Source: a virus (lineage: Duplodnaviria; Caudoviricetes). Taken from it: a stretch of 50,152 nucleotides of DNA. The notes under the pieces were generated by a model. It had not been told where the DNA came from and made no database searches. It worked only from the letters and a program-made list of their open reading frames with translations. The translations under genes were made by a program, and so were the position numbers. Of the stretch, positions 45,554 through 50,152 are shown piece after piece. The stretch covers positions 1-50,152 of the IMG/VR virus record IMGVR_UViG_3300017655_000272. The stretch is one strand, 5' to 3'. Within the stretch, counting starts at the first letter, position 1, and every line of letters starts with the position of its first letter.

Positions 45554-45949
45554 ATGGAACCAACGAGTACGGGAACATCCGCAGTAAGTTTGTTTGCCTG
45601 GAAAGCAATAGGGGGCCTGGCCGGGATTGGAGCCATCGGCGCGGGGCTGGCCACTATCGTGGTGATGTGCCTGCTCAAGCCGCGCACCCAGTCTGAATGG
45701 GTGGTGGGCATTACCTCTACGGTGATCGGCTCTATTTCCGGAGGCGCGGCCGTCATCATGCATTTTGGTCTTCAATGGTGGGGCGAGTCGGCTCTGGGTC
45801 TTGTGGCCATGCTCGGCCTGGTGTTCGCTTGCGGGCTGCCGGCGTGGGCCATTGTGCGCTGGTGCTTCAACTTCTTCGACAAGCGGCGCCAGGCGGACAT
45901 TGCCGATGTGATGAACGAGATTCACAAACTGCGCGCTGGGGGCCAGTAA
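45554..45949 (+). CDS. Putative holin
   Basis: Three TM segments, charged C-terminus, upstream of the endolysin. Confidence 0.75.
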   Translation: MEPTSTGTSAVSLFAWKAIGGLAGIGAIGAGLATIVVMCLLKPRTQSEWVVGITSTVIGSISGGAAVIMHFGLQWWGESALGLVAMLGLVFACGLPAWAIVRWCFNFFDKRRQADIADVMNEIHKLRAGGQ

Positions 45950-46557
45950 TGTTTAAGACAATATGGGCATTCATCAGGGTATTGCTGGCACCGACGAAGA
46001 ACGAGACAGTTCTAGAGATTCCGGCCAAGCCCCGCCGCACACTCGCCTGGGGCAACAAGGTAAGCGCCGAGTTCCGTGAAGTGGTATTCACAATCTGCGC
46101 GGCCCTCGGCATTGAGCCTGACTACCTTATGGCCTGCATCGCGTGGGAGTCGGCCGAGACGTTCCGGCCTGATATCAAGAACATGGCCGGCAGCGGGGCG
46201 ACTGGGCTGATTCAGTTCATGCCCAAGACAGCCGTTGGCCTGGGCACTACCGTAGAGGCGCTGGCCAGGATGACGGCCGTCGAACAGCTTGACTATGTAC
46301 GGATGTACTTCAAGCCGTACCAGGGGCGTCTAAAGACGCTTTCTGACGTCTATATGGCCATTCTCTGGCCGGCAGCCATCGGCATGCCTGAGAACTATAT
46401 ATTGTGGAAGAAGGGCACGCACCCGACGACCTACCGCCAGAACGCGGGGCTGGACTTGGACCGGGACCACGACATCGAAAAACAGGAAGCCGCGGCGAAA
46501 GTGCAGGCCAAGCTCAAACGTGGCCGCCGGCCGGAATATCTCTGGGTGGAATCATGA
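45949..46557 (+). CDS. Endolysin (lytic transglycosylase/lysozyme-like)
   Basis: ES catalytic motif, GATGLIQFMP. Confidence 0.85.
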   Translation: MFKTIWAFIRVLLAPTKNETVLEIPAKPRRTLAWGNKVSAEFREVVFTICAALGIEPDYLMACIAWESAETFRPDIKNMAGSGATGLIQFMPKTAVGLGTTVEALARMTAVEQLDYVRMYFKPYQGRLKTLSDVYMAILWPAAIGMPENYILWKKGTHPTTYRQNAGLDLDRDHDIEKQEAAAKVQAKLKRGRRPEYLWVES

Positions 46558-46793
46558 TCTTCCTACGGGCACTCTGGGCCAAGGTATGGCCCTACATCGC
46601 TGTGGCCGGCGCAGTGCTGGCCGGTCTCTTTGCGGTGCGTCAGTCAGGGAAGCATTCGGAGCGAGAGCAGCAGCAACTACGCGACGCACAAGGCGCAAGG
46701 CAGGCGCAGGAGAATAGGCGAAATGTGGAAAAAATGGATGATGATGATCTGGCTGCTGAGTTTGACCGCTTGCGCAGGGGCCGCCGGCGGTAG
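46554..46793 (+). CDS. i-spanin (Rz-like)
   Basis: N-terminal TM plus helical periplasmic part. Confidence 0.7.
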   Translation: MIFLRALWAKVWPYIAVAGAVLAGLFAVRQSGKHSEREQQQLRDAQGARQAQENRRNVEKMDDDDLAAEFDRLRRGRRR

Positions 46794-46911
46794 TTTTTGC
46801 GATGAGTATGTCGTTGTCGACATGCCGTCGTCAGAGGCCATCAAGCTGGAGCGTCGGTACCAAGAGCGAATCCTAGCAAATGAGACGCATCAGTTCCGGA
46901 AGTGCAAATAG
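46723..46911 (+). CDS. o-spanin (Rz1-like lipoprotein)
   Basis: LLSLTA-C lipobox; overlaps the i-spanin 3' end in another frame. Confidence 0.7.
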   Translation: MWKKWMMMIWLLSLTACAGAAGGSFCDEYVVVDMPSSEAIKLERRYQERILANETHQFRKCK

Positions 46912-47136
46912 ACATGAAATCGCGAGGCCCGCCTGGGTAATGAGATGGCGCGCGCCGACATTGACTCAGAAGATGCTGTCGATATTCGGAATCGTCGCCA
47001 AGGGAGACGAAGCAATCTGGCAGCTGAATGCGCTTCAGGATAGCGAACCGTGGTTGGGGCAGGGATACTCTCAGTAGACGGATATCATGCACGTCTGCAA
47101 AATTGCGTCTTTCACATCCCAACGTGCGAACTCGCT

Positions 47137-48129
47137 ATGGCCCAGAAGCCAGTTTTCATAGTGCACATCTCTGATGAGGTTCAATCCGCTCTTGAGGCGC
47201 GCGTGCTTCTCGCGCGCGCAACCGAAGAGAGATGCTTCCACACGATGAACGGACTGCGGTTGCCGCTCGGTATTTATAACGTCTCCGTAGCGCGAGTAAG
47301 TGACAAGATTTCGAGGCTTTCTCATCGCATCGAGGATTACTTTCGTAAGGTGCGCACGGTCAATTCGGAGCAAGGCGACGTAGGCGACGATCTGATGCAG
47401 GAGGTCATTGATTACATCGAGCTCTCGTTGTATGCAGCCGCAGAGCACGTTGACGATATTGACTTGATTGCATCTGGGTTTTTTAAAAACCGTGCCCTTC
47501 GAGATCGGGATAGTGCCTATCGGGAGCTACAGAAGGCGGTGAAGCAACATAAGCGATTTGTCTCTGCGGCGGCAAATGCAATAAAACATCAACAGTCAAG
47601 AATCCGAATTTTTTCGATGCAGTGTGAACAGAAGCCTTCTTTCATCGGATGCCTGCACGGCTATTTCATCGAAGGTGTTGAAAAGGGCGTGGTGTGCCCA
47701 AGCACGACTTTCCATCGCGGTCAGGAGGTCTTTTCCATTACCGCCCTCGTTTGGGAAATCATAGTGTTCTTGCTCAATTGTTCGCGCGACTTGGCAGTCT
47801 TTCTAAAGCACGCTGCTTCGAAGTTGGTAGGCCCGATACGGGCGCTTGACACTGATTTTTCAAAAGCTCTAGCTGCAGCTATCCGGCTGCCAGCGTACAC
47901 GTTCGGCGAGGAGCATCCACTATCCCGAGTAACGCTCCACATAGGCGTGCCCCGGAAAAGCATATCACCTCCGGCAGATTCCGACCTTTACGGATCTTTT
48001 ATAAACCCATGGTCAAGGGGCGCACCTGCCATTATTGGCCCGTCAGTCTCACGATACGCTAGCGATGGGATAAGCCGATCTTTCCGACTGGCGGATCCGA
48101 GGTCAGTGGTTCTACATCACTGGGACTGA
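47137..48129 (+). CDS. Moron protein of unknown function (possible HEPN-like)
   Basis: 330 aa, lower GC; helical N-half with ANAIKH; start uncertain. Confidence 0.7.
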   Translation: MAQKPVFIVHISDEVQSALEARVLLARATEERCFHTMNGLRLPLGIYNVSVARVSDKISRLSHRIEDYFRKVRTVNSEQGDVGDDLMQEVIDYIELSLYAAAEHVDDIDLIASGFFKNRALRDRDSAYRELQKAVKQHKRFVSAAANAIKHQQSRIRIFSMQCEQKPSFIGCLHGYFIEGVEKGVVCPSTTFHRGQEVFSITALVWEIIVFLLNCSRDLAVFLKHAASKLVGPIRALDTDFSKALAAAIRLPAYTFGEEHPLSRVTLHIGVPRKSISPPADSDLYGSFINPWSRGAPAIIGPSVSRYASDGISRSFRLADPRSVVLHHWD

Positions 48130-48150
48130 CCTTGCGCCGTGGGCAAAGCG

Positions 48151-48819
48151 TCATCTGAGCGGCTCACTCGCATCCGGCAACTGATACCGGCTATTGCCCA
48201 TCTTCCGGGTCACCTGCCACCAGTGAAATGCATCCTCGGGCCTTGGCGTAGATAGCAGCGATAGGGCATCTTCAACCGGTGTTCCCGGATCGAGCCATTC
48301 CAGGGCATCGTCAGGCGTGAGGCAAACCGGCCTGCGATCATGAATATCGACCATGCCGCCGGCGGAATCGTCCGTCACGACGGCAAAGCCGGTCTCGGCC
48401 AGCACTTCCCGGCCGGGCAACCAAGCCGTCAGGCCCGCCAGCAGGAGCGGCTGACCATCCTTGGGGTTGATGTACCAGGGCTGCTTGTCTCCCTTTTCGC
48501 CGGTCCATTCGTACCAGCCATCCACCGGAACGACGATGCGACGCTGGAGCAATGGCTTCCAGAAGGGCGAGCCTTTCAGGACGGTATCGAGCCGAGCATT
48601 GCTGGCGGGCCCGCGCTTATACCAAGGCGGCTTATAGCCCCAGAACAGATTATCGGCATGCTCGGCCCCGTCGCCCAGTCTATGCAATACAAGAGGGCGG
48701 GTGCCGGGCGGAACATTCGGGCTGGGCTTGAAGTCGAGTTGCAAGTGCTCAAGCGGATTCCAGCGGGTGTAGTCAAAATAGATGGCCGGGTCATTGGCCT
48801 GCTTTACTCGTCCGCACAT
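48151..48819 (-). CDS. SOS response-associated peptidase (SRAP/YedK/HMCES family)
   Basis: MCGR N-terminus, NAR, GWYEW, IHDRRP. Confidence 0.93.
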   Translation of the reverse strand: MCGRVKQANDPAIYFDYTRWNPLEHLQLDFKPSPNVPPGTRPLVLHRLGDGAEHADNLFWGYKPPWYKRGPASNARLDTVLKGSPFWKPLLQRRIVVPVDGWYEWTGEKGDKQPWYINPKDGQPLLLAGLTAWLPGREVLAETGFAVVTDDSAGGMVDIHDRRPVCLTPDDALEWLDPGTPVEDALSLLSTPRPEDAFHWWQVTRKMGNSRYQLPDASEPLR

Positions 48820-49102
48820 CGCTGGCCTCCATGGCTGTCTTTCTGCGAAACTCCATTTCCTCCCTTTTAGCACGCATTTTGCGGTATTCATCGACGGCCG
48901 GCTCAGCATTGAGGGCGTCCAGCACCGGGCGCAAAGCTTCCCGGCTTTCGGCGCTCAGACCGCCCAAGGGAATGAAGCCAAGTACGGAATAGGTGAGGGC
49001 GGTCAGGTCGCGCAGGCGCTTTACTTCGCGCAGCAACTCCATGACGTCTGGATTGCGGCGATTCCCGTCTTGGATAGCCCTCAGGTCGCGGTAGGTAAGC
49101 AT
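48791..49102 (-). CDS. Small SOS-regulated hypothetical protein
   Basis: MLTYRDLRAI..NPDVMELLREVKRLR; LexA box 9 nt upstream. Confidence 0.7.
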   Translation of the reverse strand: MLTYRDLRAIQDGNRRNPDVMELLREVKRLRDLTALTYSVLGFIPLGGLSAESREALRPVLDALNAEPAVDEYRKMRAKREEMEFRRKTAMEASDVRTSKAGQ

Positions 49103-49110
49103 GATAAACA

Positions 49111-49126
49111 CTGATGTTATATACAG
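49111..49126. promoter_or_regulatory. LexA (SOS) box
   Basis: CTGTATATAACATCAG on the minus strand (CTG-N10-CAG, AT-rich spacer). Confidence 0.8.
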
Positions 49127-49138
49127 TATTTTTAGCAC

Positions 49139-49162
49139 AAAAAAGCCCGCACGGTGGCGGGC
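49139..49162 (-). terminator. Integrase terminator
   Basis: GCCCGC-CACCGT-GCGGGC-TTTTTT right after the int stop. Confidence 0.8.
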
Positions 49163-49168
49163 AATATC

Positions 49169-50152
49169 TCAATCAAGCTTGCTGGCTATGTCGGTGGCCG
49201 ATTTACGGTAATAGACCATCAGGCTCCTTGGGTCCCGATGGCCCACCATCCTGGCGAGCTCCAGAATGTCCAATTTCTTGGATAGTCGGGTAATGGCGGT
49301 GGCTCTGGCATCATGAAACGTTGGGCCGACGATACCGGCCAGCGCACGTCCTGATCGATAGTACGTATCCAGAAGGGCAGAATTGAGCGTAAACACGCGC
49401 TCGTCACTTAGGCCTTTCATATCCTCCAGCAGGGCAGCCGCTTTCTTTGATAGAGGCACATCCCTCGCGTCCTCGTTCTTGGATTCCGGCAGGTGTACCA
49501 GCCGCTTGTCCAAATGTACATGCTCCCAGCGCAGCCCAACAATTTCCCCCGCACGCATGGCCGTTTCCAGTGAGAATAAAAGCGCCACGGCCGCCTCTTT
49601 GCGCTTGGTGTTGGGCTGCCCGCCAGCGTAGCCTAAAGCTTTCACGATCTTCGTGACCTGCTCGTCCGTGAACGTCGTTGTTCTGGCTTTGCCAGGCTCC
49701 GGCTTCGTGACCTCTTTCCAGGGGTCTTGGTCGGTGTAGTTCCATTCGCCTTTGCGGGCCTGGGTCCAAACTGCCCTAAGCGTAGAAATTTCACGCAAAA
49801 CGGACGCAGGCTTTACGCTTTTTACGCGACGGTCGCGCCAATCCGCCAGGTCGGCAGGGGTCACGTCCTGCATGATTTTCTGGGCTAATTCGTCGCGCTG
49901 GAAAGCTCTGATCCGGATGGCCTCTTTGGTGGCGCCGCGCTTGCCGGGAGTGATCTCTTGCAGGTACCTGTCGAGCACATCGGCCAGCGTCCAGCGAATA
50001 ACTTTCCCCCCTTTACGGGCAACGAGTTCCGTTTCTCGCTTGCTGGCCCACTCCTGCGCCTCTCGTTTGGTGGGAAATGTGGCGCTTTCCCGGACACCGT
50101 TGCGCGCAACTTCAGCCCGCCAGCCGCTACCGCTTTTTCTGAACGAGGCCAT
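49169..50152 (-). CDS. int: Tyrosine recombinase/integrase
   Basis: MRAGE (R), SKN (K), HDAR (HxxR), GH, YY catalytic residues. Confidence 0.95.
   Translation of the reverse strand: MASFRKSGSGWRAEVARNGVRESATFPTKREAQEWASKRETELVARKGGKVIRWTLADVLDRYLQEITPGKRGATKEAIRIRAFQRDELAQKIMQDVTPADLADWRDRRVKSVKPASVLREISTLRAVWTQARKGEWNYTDQDPWKEVTKPEPGKARTTTFTDEQVTKIVKALGYAGGQPNTKRKEAAVALLFSLETAMRAGEIVGLRWEHVHLDKRLVHLPESKNEDARDVPLSKKAAALLEDMKGLSDERVFTLNSALLDTYYRSGRALAGIVGPTFHDARATAITRLSKKLDILELARMVGHRDPRSLMVYYRKSATDIASKLD

Larger units (their letters stand above)
1..50152. mobile_element. Temperate phage/prophage, near complete, contractile tail
   Basis: Integrase, cI/cro/cII, replication, terminase, portal, capsid, sheath/tube, baseplate and lysis genes in lambdoid order; no host housekeeping genes. 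Confidence 0.97.

Overview
A ~50 kb temperate bacteriophage or prophage of about 60% GC, probably from a betaproteobacterial host (inference). It has lambdoid gene organisation and a contractile-tail module. The leftward early operon (1-13.5 kb) encodes small accessory proteins, DNA methyltransferases, an SNF2-like helicase, SSB and a YqaJ exonuclease, behind a highly structured leader. The immunity region has matching OL/OR operators, a short cI-like repressor, cro, cII and an intervening accessory island with a LexA box. Replication genes (initiator with internal iterons, DnaC-like loader), nin-type genes and a Q-like gene follow, then the head, tail and baseplate operon with morons (HigBA, DUF3892-like), a lysis cassette, a LexA-boxed SRAP operon and a tyrosine integrase at the right edge. 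Two signals stand out. (i) Two C5-cytosine methyltransferase loci are each written in two fully overlapping reading frames; the +1 frame supplies motif IX and, in one locus, carries seven tandem W-x-[TS]-P units that may be a modular target-recognition array. (ii) Two tandem tRNA-elbow-like RNA units with long internal inserts lie in the early leader. All family assignments come from motif recognition and synteny by eye; no database searches were run.
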